From positions 326,893-390,892 of the forward strand of contig CAWEAD010000005.1 of the NCBI GenBank assembly GCA_963807225.1: a stretch of DNA of 64,000 nucleotides. The letters are read 5' to 3'. Within the stretch, counting starts at the first letter, position 1. Every line of letters begins with the position of its first letter. Made by a program: the position numbers and the translations under genes. This DNA is from an uncultured delta proteobacterium. Its GTDB lineage: Bacteria > Desulfobacterota > Desulfobulbia > Desulfobulbales > JAGXFP01. Below, piece by piece: positions 47,472 to 57,390 of this stretch. The notes under the pieces were generated by a model. The model did no database searches. It was not told the DNA's origin and saw only the letters and a list, made by a program, of their open reading frames with translations.

Positions 47472-47805
47472 AGTGTTTTACCTCCTCTTCAAAAGAAAAA
47501 GTTTACAGATAAAACAGTTGAGGTCGTCAAAGGCAGACAAAAAAGATCTAAGAAGACGGTCAGACGGAATATACCGCTTAACCTTTTGATCCACGACGCC
47601 TTTAAAGGGGCCACAGCGTCGTTATGTCCGATTGTCTAGGCAGGCTGTAACCGCAGGGTACGAGGGCCCGGCCCCGGCAGCACAATTAAACTCTTTGAGT
47701 GCCCACTGTCTCCGACATCAAACTGCTTATTGGGAGGAGAGCATCGTCTCTGACAACATCTCCCACACCCGCCTCTACCACACCGGCTGGGCCGGTATAT
47801 ACAAA
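47472..47805 (-). promoter_or_regulatory. long rplA-rplJ spacer, candidate L10 autoregulatory leader
   Basis: 334-nt non-coding gap containing several local stems (e.g. ACGACGC...GCGTCGT). The position matches the L10 leader in other bacteria. The structure was not verified. Confidence 0.3.
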
Positions 47806-48519
47806 TCAGCCCGCTTGTTTGACCAGAGTCCTGACATCCAAGGGATCGACTTTTACTCCGGGGCCCATGGTGGTTGACAGACTAATACCACGCATATATA
47901 CACCTTTAGCGGTTGACGGCTTCAGCTGAACCAAGCGCTCTAGGAAGGCGATAATGTTCTCACGTAATTTTACGGCATCAAATGAGGCCCGTCCGACCCG
48001 GGCATGGACGATTCCGGCCTTATCGACCTTGAAGTCGACCTTACCGCCCTTAATTTCCTTGACCACCCGGCCGACATCGAAAGTGACGGTCCCAAGTTTG
48101 GCGTTAGGCATCAAGTTACGCGGCCCCAAGACCCGACCGATTTTACCTACCGTTCCCATCATATCGGGAGTGGCGATGGTTTTGTCAAACTCCAGCCAGC
48201 CGCCCTGGATTTTCTCGACGAATTCATCGCCGCCGGCAAAATCGGCTCCTGCGTCCAAGGCCTCCTGAACTTTATCGCCCTTGGCAAAAACCAACACCCG
48301 CTCGGTTTTACCGGTGCCGTTCGGCAAGACCACGCTGCTACGGACCATTTGGTCGGCATGGCGTGGATCAACACCTAGACGCACGGCAATATCAAGGGAC
48401 TCGTCAAATTTGGCATATTTTGCCTTAAGTACTTTTTCCAGACTTTCATCCAGGGAATAAAGCACCGTACGATCAATGTCGGTAGTATTCTGCTGGTAGT
48501 TCTTTCCTCTTTTAGCCAT
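47806..48519 (-). CDS. rplA: 50S ribosomal protein L1
   Basis: [23 protein letters not shown]...LPNGTGK. Confidence 0.97.
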   Translation of the reverse strand: MAKRGKNYQQNTTDIDRTVLYSLDESLEKVLKAKYAKFDESLDIAVRLGVDPRHADQMVRSSVVLPNGTGKTERVLVFAKGDKVQEALDAGADFAGGDEFVEKIQGGWLEFDKTIATPDMMGTVGKIGRVLGPRNLMPNAKLGTVTFDVGRVVKEIKGGKVDFKVDKAGIVHARVGRASFDAVKLRENIIAFLERLVQLKPSTAKGVYMRGISLSTTMGPGVKVDPLDVRTLVKQAG

Positions 48520-48607
48520 CGTTCCTGCTCCAGTAGGTACTCATCAAACTGTTAACTTTCGGACCACAATTTCAATCACCAAACGCATCATAAATGCGGG
48601 GAATCAA

Positions 48608-49033
48608 TCAATCCTTAATTGTAATCCCGCAGCTGCGGGCGGTTCCCTCGATAATCCGGCAAGCCGACTCAACATCATAGGCATTGAGATCAGGTAACTT
48701 CAATTCGGCGATTTCCCGGATCTTATCCCTGGAAACAGTAGCCACTCGATCACGCTTAGGATTACTGGACCCACCCTTGAGGCCAGTGGCCTTAAATAGC
48801 AAATTGGCTGCTGGCGGCGTTTTGGTGACAAAAGTAAAGGAACGGTCGGAGTAGACCGTTATCACCACCGGGATGATCATGTCTCCCTTGTCCTGGGTTT
48901 GGGCATTGAAGGCCTTGCAGAACTCCATGATATTGACGCCTTGCTGGCCTAGAGCAGGACCGACCGGCGGCGAAGGATTCGCCTTACCAGCGGGAATCTG
49001 TAATTTTATATAGCCCTGGATCTTCTTAGCCAT
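48608..49033 (-). CDS. rplK: 50S ribosomal protein L11
   Basis: [32 protein letters not shown]. Confidence 0.97.
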   Translation of the reverse strand: MAKKIQGYIKLQIPAGKANPSPPVGPALGQQGVNIMEFCKAFNAQTQDKGDMIIPVVITVYSDRSFTFVTKTPPAANLLFKATGLKGGSSNPKRDRVATVSRDKIREIAELKLPDLNAYDVESACRIIEGTARSCGITIKD

Positions 49034-49095
49034 TTTCTTCTCCTGTAGAGCAAAACAGTTTTAATTTACCTAGCGGAAACGCAGACAGCCGAGCC

Positions 49096-49626
49096 TTAAC
49101 CCTTGGTCACCTGGATGAACTCCAGTTCAACCGGCGTTTCCCGCCCAAAAATCGAGACCATGACCCTGACGCGACCCTTATCGGGAAAAACCTCGTCAAT
49201 CACGCCCTGAAAGTTGGCGAAGGGGCCCTCGGTAACCCGGACGGAGTCTCCCGTTTCGTACATAACCTTGGGTTTTGGTTTCAAGGCGCCATCTTTAATG
49301 CGCCCGATAATCTTCATCGCATCCGCATCGGGTAGGGGTTGCGGATGTAGATCGTCGCCGACAAATCCCGTTACTTTAGGGGTACCCCGTACCGTATGCC
49401 ACGTCTCGTCATTAAGATCGACATTGAGCAAGATATAGCCGGGAAAAAATTTCCGGGAAGAAGTCTTTTTACTGCCTTTGACCATTTCCACGACCTGCTC
49501 GGTGGGCACTAGTATCTCACCGAAAAACTCCTCCTGGCCAGCGGTTTTAATCCGTTCCTGCAGGGCGGTCTTCACCTGCTCCTCAAAGCCGGAATAGGTG
49601 TGCAGTATGTACCAAGATCGAGCCAT
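49096..49626 (-). CDS. nusG: transcription termination/antitermination factor NusG
   Basis: WYILHTYSGFEEQVK...; C-terminal KOW (GDSVRVTEGPFANFQGVI). Confidence 0.96.
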   Translation of the reverse strand: MARSWYILHTYSGFEEQVKTALQERIKTAGQEEFFGEILVPTEQVVEMVKGSKKTSSRKFFPGYILLNVDLNDETWHTVRGTPKVTGFVGDDLHPQPLPDADAMKIIGRIKDGALKPKPKVMYETGDSVRVTEGPFANFQGVIDEVFPDKGRVRVMVSIFGRETPVELEFIQVTKG

Positions 49627-49649
49627 AAGCTTCGTTTTCCGCGTCGGGA

Positions 49650-49919
49650 TTATTTCAAGATATAACTGATCAACTTGCCAAGAAAAAGATCCACCGCCCC
49701 AAGATACAGAGACATTATGGTAACCAGAACCACAACCAGTAGAGCTGAACCGGCTGTATTCTTTCTGTTAGGCCACGCAATCTTGCCAAATTCGCTTTTA
49801 ACTTCAGCGGTGAAGACGCGGATCTGAGAGAAACTAAAACCGGACTCAGCCGATTTTTCGGTTTTCTTTTCAGGTTTCCGTTTCTCCTTTTCAGGAATAA
49901 GCGATTTTTCGTTAGTCAT
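49650..49919 (-). CDS. secE: preprotein translocase subunit SecE
   Basis: ATG at 49919 (MTNEKS). Lys-rich N-terminus, EVKSEFGKIAWPNRK and a single C-terminal TM. Canonical position before nusG. Confidence 0.9.
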   Translation of the reverse strand: MTNEKSLIPEKEKRKPEKKTEKSAESGFSFSQIRVFTAEVKSEFGKIAWPNRKNTAGSALLVVVLVTIMSLYLGAVDLFLGKLISYILK

Positions 49920-50038
49920 TGTCAAAACTCTTTCCTAAAGTCCTGCCGGCCAGGTTGTAATCATACCCGGCCGGCAGTATGTGGCGACAAACCAGAACCA
50001 GAAAATCGCTGCAATTGAAACAGCAAAAAAACCAGAAA

Positions 50039-50115
50039 TGGCAGGCCAGGAGGGACTCGAACCCCCAGCCCCCGGATTTGGAGTCCGGTGCTCTACCAAT
50101 TAGAGCTACTGGCCT
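50039..50115 (-). tRNA. tRNA-Trp (anticodon CCA)
   Basis: Hand-folded cloverleaf: acceptor AGGCCAG/CTGGCCT, anticodon loop CTCCAAA, T-loop TTCGAGT, encoded CCA. Confidence 0.9.
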
Positions 50116-50122
50116 CCTGGTT

Positions 50123-50272
50123 CTATTTTGTTTCTTTATGCAAAGTATGGCTCCGACAAAATCGGCAATACTTCTTGAACTCCAATTTGTTCGGAGTCCG
50201 ACGTTTGTTCTTGGTCGTCGTATAGTTTCGACGTTTGCATTCGGTGCAGCCCAACGTAATGATATCTCGCAT
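50123..50272 (-). CDS. rpmG: 50S ribosomal protein L33
   Basis: Not in the ORF track (49 aa). Hand translation: [49 protein letters not shown]. Confidence 0.92.
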   Translation of the reverse strand: MRDIITLGCTECKRRNYTTTKNKRRTPNKLEFKKYCRFCRSHTLHKETK

Positions 50273-50363
50273 GGTTCCAACCAAAATAACAGGCTACCAT
50301 CCCAACCTGCCGACAAGGAGACCGGGTCATGGTAGCCAAGATAATTTATGGGGGCAGATCGTT

Positions 50364-51554
<1,191 letters not shown>

Positions 51555-51660
51555 GACGAGTCTCCTATGCCCTTAATTTCAACATTAATACAGAGGCTTT
51601 TTCTTTGATTATTTACAGGAATTATCCGTGAACGCCCAAAAAAAGCACACTGGTTAATCC

Positions 51661-51736
51661 TGGAGCCCACGACCGGATTCGAACCGGTGACTTCTTCCTT
51701 ACCAAGGAAGTACTCTACCTACTGAGTTACGTGGGC
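51661..51736 (-). tRNA. tRNA-Thr (anticodon GGU)
   Basis: Acceptor GCCCACG/CGTGGGC, anticodon stem-loop CTTCC-TTGGTAA-GGAAG, T-loop TTCGAAT, CCA encoded. Confidence 0.9.
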
Positions 51737-51793
51737 AACCCTTAAATAATATTACTGCGGCCTGTAACTCACGTCCACACGCCGGTTGCTGTT

Positions 51794-51869
51794 TGGAGCG
51801 GGAAACGGGTTTCGAACCCGCGACCCTCAGCTTGGAAGGCTGATGCTCTACCAATTGAGCTATTCCCGC
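51794..51869 (-). tRNA. tRNA-Gly (anticodon UCC)
   Basis: Acceptor GCGGGAA/TTCCCGC, anticodon loop CTTCCAA, T-loop TTCGAAA, CCA encoded. Confidence 0.9.
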
Positions 51870-51943
51870 TTTTCTTAATCGAAGTCGCGCAAACTGCCCG
51901 GCAACTCAAGGGGAGAGCGGCATCCCGTCATATTCTCAATCTA

Positions 51944-52028
51944 TGGTGGAGGGGGGAGGATTCGAACCTCCGAAGGCATCGCCGACAGATTTACAGTCTG
52001 TTCCCTTTGGCCGCTCGGGAACCCCTCC
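51944..52028 (-). tRNA. tRNA-Tyr (anticodon GUA), long variable arm
   Basis: Acceptor GGAGGGG/CCCCTCC, anticodon stem-loop ACAGA-CTGTAAA-TCTGT, long variable arm, T-loop TTCGAAT, CCA encoded. Confidence 0.88.
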
Positions 52029-52120
52029 ACTGAAATCAACAACGCCATGCACTTACGTACATGGCTCGCGGGCGCCAAGGCCCCGACTTGTTATAATTGC
52101 ATATCCTGTGATCGCCAAGC

Positions 52121-52196
52121 TGGAGCTGGCGATGGGACTTGAACCCGCAACCTGCTGATTACAAATCAGCTGCTCTGCCAATTGAGCTACGCCAGC
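52121..52196 (-). tRNA. tRNA-Thr (anticodon UGU)
   Basis: Acceptor GCTGGCG/CGCCAGC, anticodon stem-loop GCTGA-TTTGTAA-TCAGC, T-loop TTCAAGT (one C-A mismatch in the T stem), CCA encoded. Confidence 0.85.
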
Positions 52197-52209
52197 AATA
52201 AGACGCGAC

Positions 52210-52238
52210 ATACTAATATCATCACGACTAAACATCAA
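52210..52238 (-). promoter_or_regulatory. candidate promoter of the tRNA-tuf operon
   Basis: Minus-sense TTGATG-N17-TAGTAT followed by the GC-rich discriminator GTCGCG. An A7 tract lies upstream (UP-like). The first tRNA starts ~14 nt downstream. Confidence 0.4.
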
Positions 52239-52271
52239 CCATTTTTTTGTAGCGGCTGATGTTTAATCGTA

Positions 52272-52315
52272 GCAGTAATAAGCAACGCTCCCGGACGGTA
52301 AACCGGGAGCGTTGC
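52272..52315 (-). terminator. terminator after qmoC
   Basis: Perfect 13-bp stem GCAACGCTCCCGG / CCGGGAGCGTTGC (52282-52294 / 52303-52315) followed by TTATTACT. Confidence 0.6.
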
Positions 52316-52323
52316 GGCTTCTA

Positions 52324-53553
52324 TCAATCCCCGCCGGCTGCGGGATTAACAAAGGAACTATCCCGATATTTCTCGAAGCACATGGCCACTGTCCGGTAGA
52401 CCATATGTGCGAACTTGGTATATGGCATATAGAGGAACAGCATAAAGATCGACACCAGGTGCAGGAAATAGAGGAAATAAGCAAATGAGGGAATCCCCAG
52501 AAGCCTAATCAATTCGGCTCCCAGACCGGTGATACCCACGACCATGATCTCCCCGATCAGGAACCAGTCATAGAAAGTCGGGGTAGTTCCCTGCTCGTCC
52601 TCAGCCTGAGACCGATTGGCCCAGAGAATGCCGACTCCTACGATCAGAGCGATAGCCCCGATGTTGGCCAGCAGTTTCACCGGATTTGCCATAGCGATAG
52701 GTCCATGCAGAGTGGCCCTTAGCTCTTCGTTCACAAACAGGGAAATAACATCTTTGCTAAGAAAGCTATAAGTGGTGACAAGCAGCAAGGCGAGGAAGGC
52801 CAGGACCAGGGGCAGATGTCCCCTGACCCGGTTCTTGTTGGCACCGCATTCATTGAAACGTGTGTGTTTCAAGGTTTCCACCACGGCCGGAACCAGAAAA
52901 TCGGTGGTGAACTGCGCCACAGAAGGCCGAAAATTCGGGACCGGATGAACGGTTTCAGCCATTTTGTTCCACATGGTCTTGGCCCCCTTGATAGCGGCGA
53001 AGGCGGCAAAGAAGAAGGCCGGCACAAAAATCAAGTCGATGAAAAAGACATTTTTGGTCAACCAGAAGAAATCCCAGTGGCCGAAGAAATGCCCGAAACC
53101 GACTTCCTTGAACTCCTCGACGCTGGGCACATGCATGCCACCGGAGATGATCCACAGCAGCCCGATGAGCACTACCGGAATGCCGATCATGATCGGAAGA
53201 TTCTTGCCATTGCTGCAAAGTTTTGCCAACCCCTGGGGAAAACCGAAGGTGGTATAGGCATAGGCCCTGATGGCACCGAGGACATCGCCGGGCTTGGCGC
53301 CCCGGGGGCAATAGGCCGTGCAATCACCGCACTGATGACAGAGCAGAACGTCGGGATCTGCGGTCAGCTTATCCTTCAGTCCCCACTGGGCCCAAATCAT
53401 TTCCTTGCGTGGAAAAGGATTGCCGTCGGAAGACAAAGGGCAGACCACCGAACAGGTGGCGCACTGATAACACTTCTTGACGGAATCACCGCCGGCACTT
53501 TTCAGAAACTTGATAAAATTGAGATCGGGTTCAACCCTCATAGCTCCGGACAT
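52324..53553 (-). CDS. qmoC: quinone-interacting membrane-bound oxidoreductase subunit QmoC (FeS + heme b membrane domain)
   Basis: ATG at 53553 after GGGGAGGAAAG. CYQCATCSVVCP and CHQCGDCTAYCP ferredoxin-like motifs followed by ~6 TM helices. Lies downstream of qmoAB and aprBA. Confidence 0.9.
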   Translation of the reverse strand: MSGAMRVEPDLNFIKFLKSAGGDSVKKCYQCATCSVVCPLSSDGNPFPRKEMIWAQWGLKDKLTADPDVLLCHQCGDCTAYCPRGAKPGDVLGAIRAYAYTTFGFPQGLAKLCSNGKNLPIMIGIPVVLIGLLWIISGGMHVPSVEEFKEVGFGHFFGHWDFFWLTKNVFFIDLIFVPAFFFAAFAAIKGAKTMWNKMAETVHPVPNFRPSVAQFTTDFLVPAVVETLKHTRFNECGANKNRVRGHLPLVLAFLALLLVTTYSFLSKDVISLFVNEELRATLHGPIAMANPVKLLANIGAIALIVGVGILWANRSQAEDEQGTTPTFYDWFLIGEIMVVGITGLGAELIRLLGIPSFAYFLYFLHLVSIFMLFLYMPYTKFAHMVYRTVAMCFEKYRDSSFVNPAAGGD

Positions 53554-53635
53554 TTTCTTTCCTCCCCTTGTTCCCATCTCCCGACAGGAACCTTCCATAT
53601 TTCAAATACTACTAGGTTGAAAACAATTTATTGAA

Positions 53636-53671
53636 GCCTGCGGCAACCGTCATTGGACCTTTGCCGCAGGC
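53636..53671 (-). promoter_or_regulatory. intercistronic stem-loop between qmoB and qmoC
   Basis: Perfect 11-bp stem GCCTGCGGCAA / TTGCCGCAGGC with a 14-nt loop in a 144-nt spacer. Confidence 0.45.
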
Positions 53672-53697
53672 TCAAGTCTTGAATAACCAAACTAGGA

Positions 53698-55935
53698 TTA
53701 GAAGCCCTTGAAGGGATTCGGCCCCATTTCAATGATCTCGTCCACGAACTCCTTGATGATCTCGGGAACACGGTTGAAATCGGTTATGGCAACTTGCCTC
53801 ATCGCACAACGTTCAGGTTCGAGCCCGAGACTGCCGAGGGTCTCACCGATATTAGCCATACGTTTGTCGGCAATCTCGCTACCCTTAACAAAATGACACT
53901 GATAGTCGTCGCCGTATTTGCAACCCAGGAGCATTACTCCGTCCATGCCGGAGGAAAGGGCGTCCTTGATCCAGACCATATTCACCGAACCCAGGCAACG
54001 CACCGGGATAAAGCGGACCAGATTGTTGATTCCGAGACGACGCATACCGGCCATATCGATGGCGGGATAGGCGTCATTCTCGCAGACAAAGACGGCAAAA
54101 CGCAGCTTGTCCTCGTCGTCATCGGGAACCTCGATGGCCTTGACCATGGAACCGATCATATCGACGTTGTAGTTTTTGAAGCCGATGATCCGCTCGGGAC
54201 AGGCGCCCATGCAGGTGCCGCAACGACGGCACCGGGTCGGGTTGGGTAGCGGGGTCCCTTTCTCGTCATCGTCAAGGGCGCCGAACGGGCATTCCTCGGT
54301 GCATCGTTTACACTGGGTGCAGCGCTGGAAAAAGAACTCCGGATAGCTCTGATCGCCGGACCGGGGATGAACCGATACGCCACGATCGGCGGATTCGATA
54401 CACTGAATGGCCTTAAGAGCTGCACCGGTGGCATCGTCGATAGCTTCATCCATGGCCATGGCTTTGCGCACCCCGCCGCAGGTGTAAACCCCGGTCCGCC
54501 GGGTTTCATAGGGGAAGCAGATGAAATGCGAATCGGCATACCCGTCGAAAAGACCCAGGTCAGAGAAGGCCGGCCCCTGACGATAAGATAAATTAATAGT
54601 GGCATTATCACTGGTGGTAGGCTTGAGACCGGCCGCCAGGACCACCATATCAACCTCGATGCTGATGTCTTCGTTAAGAAGGGTATCCTTGGCGTTTACC
54701 ACCAGGGAGCCGCCCTGGTCTTCCACTCCGGTAACAGTGGCTTTGGTCAAAAAGATACCGTCGTGGTTCTGGGCAGATTTGTAAAACATTTCCATATTGC
54801 CCGGGGTACGCATGTGCTGATAAAGGATATAGGCTTTACCTTCGGCATTGTCTTCACGGACATAGCTGGCCTGCTTCAGGGCAACCATGCTGGTCACAGA
54901 GTTACAGTAGGGAAAATCCCTATCATGCTCTTCCCCGCCAGGGCTCTGGACAAAAGCCACCCGAGCAGGAACCTTGCCTTCCTTGGCCAGCTTTTCGAAC
55001 TGGGCATTGGTAACAACTTTATCGTGACCGGGCAGCAGATGCTCAAACTCAGAGACATCGGCCGGAGTCCAGCCGGTGGCCAAAACCACGGAGCCGAACT
55101 TTTCGGCGTCGGGATTGGGCGCGGTATATTTCTGCATACCGGCGTTGGGGTCTTCCATCTCACCCTTGGCGATTTTGTCCTGATCATCGACGGTGACCTT
55201 GGCGGGGGCATCCCATTCGCTCTTGGTGCCGGCCGCCTTGAGGGTCACACCGAAATTACCTGGAGCCCCGGCGATCCGGGCCACTTCCGTGGACATTTTC
55301 ACGCTGATGTTGCCATCGGCAGTGACAGCGTTGACCAAATCGGCAATCGAGTTTTCTTCAAGATCCGTCCAAGGCGCTTTCGTGGGGAACTGCTTGCGCC
55401 AGCCCAGAGCCTTACCGCCCAAGACATCGGTCTTCTCTACCAGAGTAACTCCATAGCCCGCTCTGGAAGCTTCCAGAGCGGCAGTTAGGCCGGATATACC
55501 ACCACCCATGACCAGAATCTTTTTAGTGATGGTCTCAAGCTGGTATGGTTCAGGCAACTCGGTTTTCTTGGCCTGGGTACAGCCCATTCGCATATAGTCG
55601 GAAGCCAGTTCCTGAGTATAATCTGCACCGGCCCCTTCCGGCTGACACCAGGCTACCTGCTCTCGCAGGTTTGCTCTGATGGTGATTTTGTCGCTACCGA
55701 AATTAAAGACATCCTGCATAACCCGAGGAGAACAGGCGCCGATGACCACGGTGTTAACACCGTTATTGTTGATATCGTTTTGAATTAATTCACGACCGGC
55801 GGTGGCGCAAAGAGCTTCATGGGTCTTGCACTCCATCTTCATTTCGCCGGTCACCACACCGGTAAGGGCCTCAATGTCGAGGGCGTCACCGATACCACAG
55901 CCTGTGCAGATATATGCACCGTATTTTTTATCCAT
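53698..55935 (-). CDS. qmoB: QmoB (HdrA-like flavoprotein with FeS and MvhD-like C-terminus)
   Basis: ATG at 55935, 7 nt after GGAGGTG (MDKKYGAYICTGCGIG). FAD fold VMGGGISGLTAALEA. CTQCKRCTEECP and CRRCGTCMGACP clusters. Confidence 0.92.
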   Translation of the reverse strand: MDKKYGAYICTGCGIGDALDIEALTGVVTGEMKMECKTHEALCATAGRELIQNDINNNGVNTVVIGACSPRVMQDVFNFGSDKITIRANLREQVAWCQPEGAGADYTQELASDYMRMGCTQAKKTELPEPYQLETITKKILVMGGGISGLTAALEASRAGYGVTLVEKTDVLGGKALGWRKQFPTKAPWTDLEENSIADLVNAVTADGNISVKMSTEVARIAGAPGNFGVTLKAAGTKSEWDAPAKVTVDDQDKIAKGEMEDPNAGMQKYTAPNPDAEKFGSVVLATGWTPADVSEFEHLLPGHDKVVTNAQFEKLAKEGKVPARVAFVQSPGGEEHDRDFPYCNSVTSMVALKQASYVREDNAEGKAYILYQHMRTPGNMEMFYKSAQNHDGIFLTKATVTGVEDQGGSLVVNAKDTLLNEDISIEVDMVVLAAGLKPTTSDNATINLSYRQGPAFSDLGLFDGYADSHFICFPYETRRTGVYTCGGVRKAMAMDEAIDDATGAALKAIQCIESADRGVSVHPRSGDQSYPEFFFQRCTQCKRCTEECPFGALDDDEKGTPLPNPTRCRRCGTCMGACPERIIGFKNYNVDMIGSMVKAIEVPDDDEDKLRFAVFVCENDAYPAIDMAGMRRLGINNLVRFIPVRCLGSVNMVWIKDALSSGMDGVMLLGCKYGDDYQCHFVKGSEIADKRMANIGETLGSLGLEPERCAMRQVAITDFNRVPEIIKEFVDEIIEMGPNPFKGF

Positions 55936-55947
55936 TATTGTCACCTC

Positions 55948-57204
55948 CTACCGGGAAGCCTGAATAGCTTTCAGGGCTGCAGCTGTTGAGTTCTGAGTAC
56001 TGGTTACAACATCGGCCGCCTTCTTGGCACATCCGGCAGACAGCATTGCCGCGTCTGCGTCGGAGACGATGAACCCGTTTCCGTCTACTTTGACACCGAC
56101 CTGCTTGGCAGCATCGGTCCCGGCCGGCTGCATACCGGTGGCGAGAATTGCCAGGTCAACTTTGACCTGGACCTTCTCACCGGTCACCGCATTTTCGGCC
56201 ACCACAGTAACTCCTCCGTCATCTTCAGCAATAATATCGGCGACCTTACCCTTGATGAAGGTGACATTTTCATCGGCCACCAGTTTTTCACGGAACTTCT
56301 CATATTTGCCCGGTGTGCGTAGATCGATGTAGAAGACAGTAACCTTGGCCTCCGGATAGCGCTCTCGAATGTAGGTGATCTGTTTCAGACTGGCCATGCA
56401 GCAGATATAGGAACAGTACTCCAGGTGGTTCTCGTCACGGGAACCGGCACATTGGACAAAGGCGAAGCTCTCGGGCTCCTTGTTGTCACCGGGGCGCAGA
56501 ATCTGCCCACCGGTGGGACCGCCAGGGGCAGCCAGTCTTTCCATCATCATATTGGTGATGATGGCGTCGCTGGAACCGTACTTGAGATTGGCCATTTTGG
56601 TGGCATCATAGGGATTCCAGCCAGTGGCCCAAACCACCGAGGCGACATCGACGGACATAGACTTGGCAGCGCCTTCAAGTTCTACGGCGTCATACTTACA
56701 AGCTTCAACGCATTTTCCACATTTGGAACAGGCATCGAAGTCTATGGCGTACTTCATGGGGAAAGCCATGTCGTGGGGCTTATAAATGGCTTTGGTCTTA
56801 TCCATACCGAAGTTAAAGGCGTTATCGCGCTCTTCGGGGCATGCTTCAACACAAGCATTACAGGCCGTACAATTACTGTTAACGCCACGGTGGGTGGTCT
56901 CCAGAGTAACCTGGTAGTTGCCGGCGGCACCGGAAACCCCCTTGACCTCCGTCATGGTGTATACCCTGATCCGCCGATTGTTCTTAATGCGTTTGAAGTT
57001 TATCTCCAAGCCGCAGGAAGGCGGACACAGTTTGGGGAAGTATTGATTAAGCTGAGCAACCCGGCCTCCCAGGTAAGGGTTTTTCTCCACAAGAAAAACA
57101 TCTTTACCGACTTCAGCGGCTTCCAGAGCAGCAGTAAGCCCACTGATCCCGCCGCCCACGACCAGAACCGCACCCGCACCGGATGCACTGCGTTCGTCCG
57201 TCAT
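55948..57204 (-). CDS. qmoA: QmoA (HdrA-like flavoprotein)
   Basis: 418 aa; VVGGGISGLTAALEAAE, CPPSCGLE, CTACNACVEACP, CSKCGKCVEACK. SD GGAGG. Confidence 0.92.
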   Translation of the reverse strand: MTDERSASGAGAVLVVGGGISGLTAALEAAEVGKDVFLVEKNPYLGGRVAQLNQYFPKLCPPSCGLEINFKRIKNNRRIRVYTMTEVKGVSGAAGNYQVTLETTHRGVNSNCTACNACVEACPEERDNAFNFGMDKTKAIYKPHDMAFPMKYAIDFDACSKCGKCVEACKYDAVELEGAAKSMSVDVASVVWATGWNPYDATKMANLKYGSSDAIITNMMMERLAAPGGPTGGQILRPGDNKEPESFAFVQCAGSRDENHLEYCSYICCMASLKQITYIRERYPEAKVTVFYIDLRTPGKYEKFREKLVADENVTFIKGKVADIIAEDDGGVTVVAENAVTGEKVQVKVDLAILATGMQPAGTDAAKQVGVKVDGNGFIVSDADAAMLSAGCAKKAADVVTSTQNSTAAALKAIQASR

Positions 57205-57312
57205 GTCTAGCCTCCATTAGCAGATATTGATTAAAATAACTGGTTTGCTTAGCTCAGACGTCTCACCGAGACCGCTCAACTAAACAAACCAAAAAAAAGC
57301 ACCGTAAGGGTA

Positions 57313-57350
57313 TAGAAAAATCTCCAGGCACCCGGCCGGGTGCCTGGAGA
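57313..57350 (-). terminator. rho-independent terminator/attenuator between aprA and qmoA
   Basis: Perfect 13-bp stem TCTCCAGGCACCC-GGCC-GGGTGCCTGGAGA (57321-57350) followed on the minus strand by TTTTTCT. Confidence 0.65.
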
Positions 57351-57390
57351 TTCATACTAAACTGCGACTAAGCCTCGACAGAGAGGTGGA

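Noticed and set aside
47169-47877. Track ORFs 47169..47639 (+), 47395..47589 (+) and 47632..47877 (+) in the rplJ region.
   Set aside because: They overlap rplJ antisense or lie in its leader, have no SD and have low-complexity translations. The region is better explained as a non-coding leader.
51943-52484. Track ORFs overlapping the tRNA cluster and the qmoC terminator (51943..52158 +, 52053..52238 -, 52263..52484 -).
   Set aside because: They are built from tRNA genes, spacer and terminator sequence, or from the out-of-frame qmoC 3' end.
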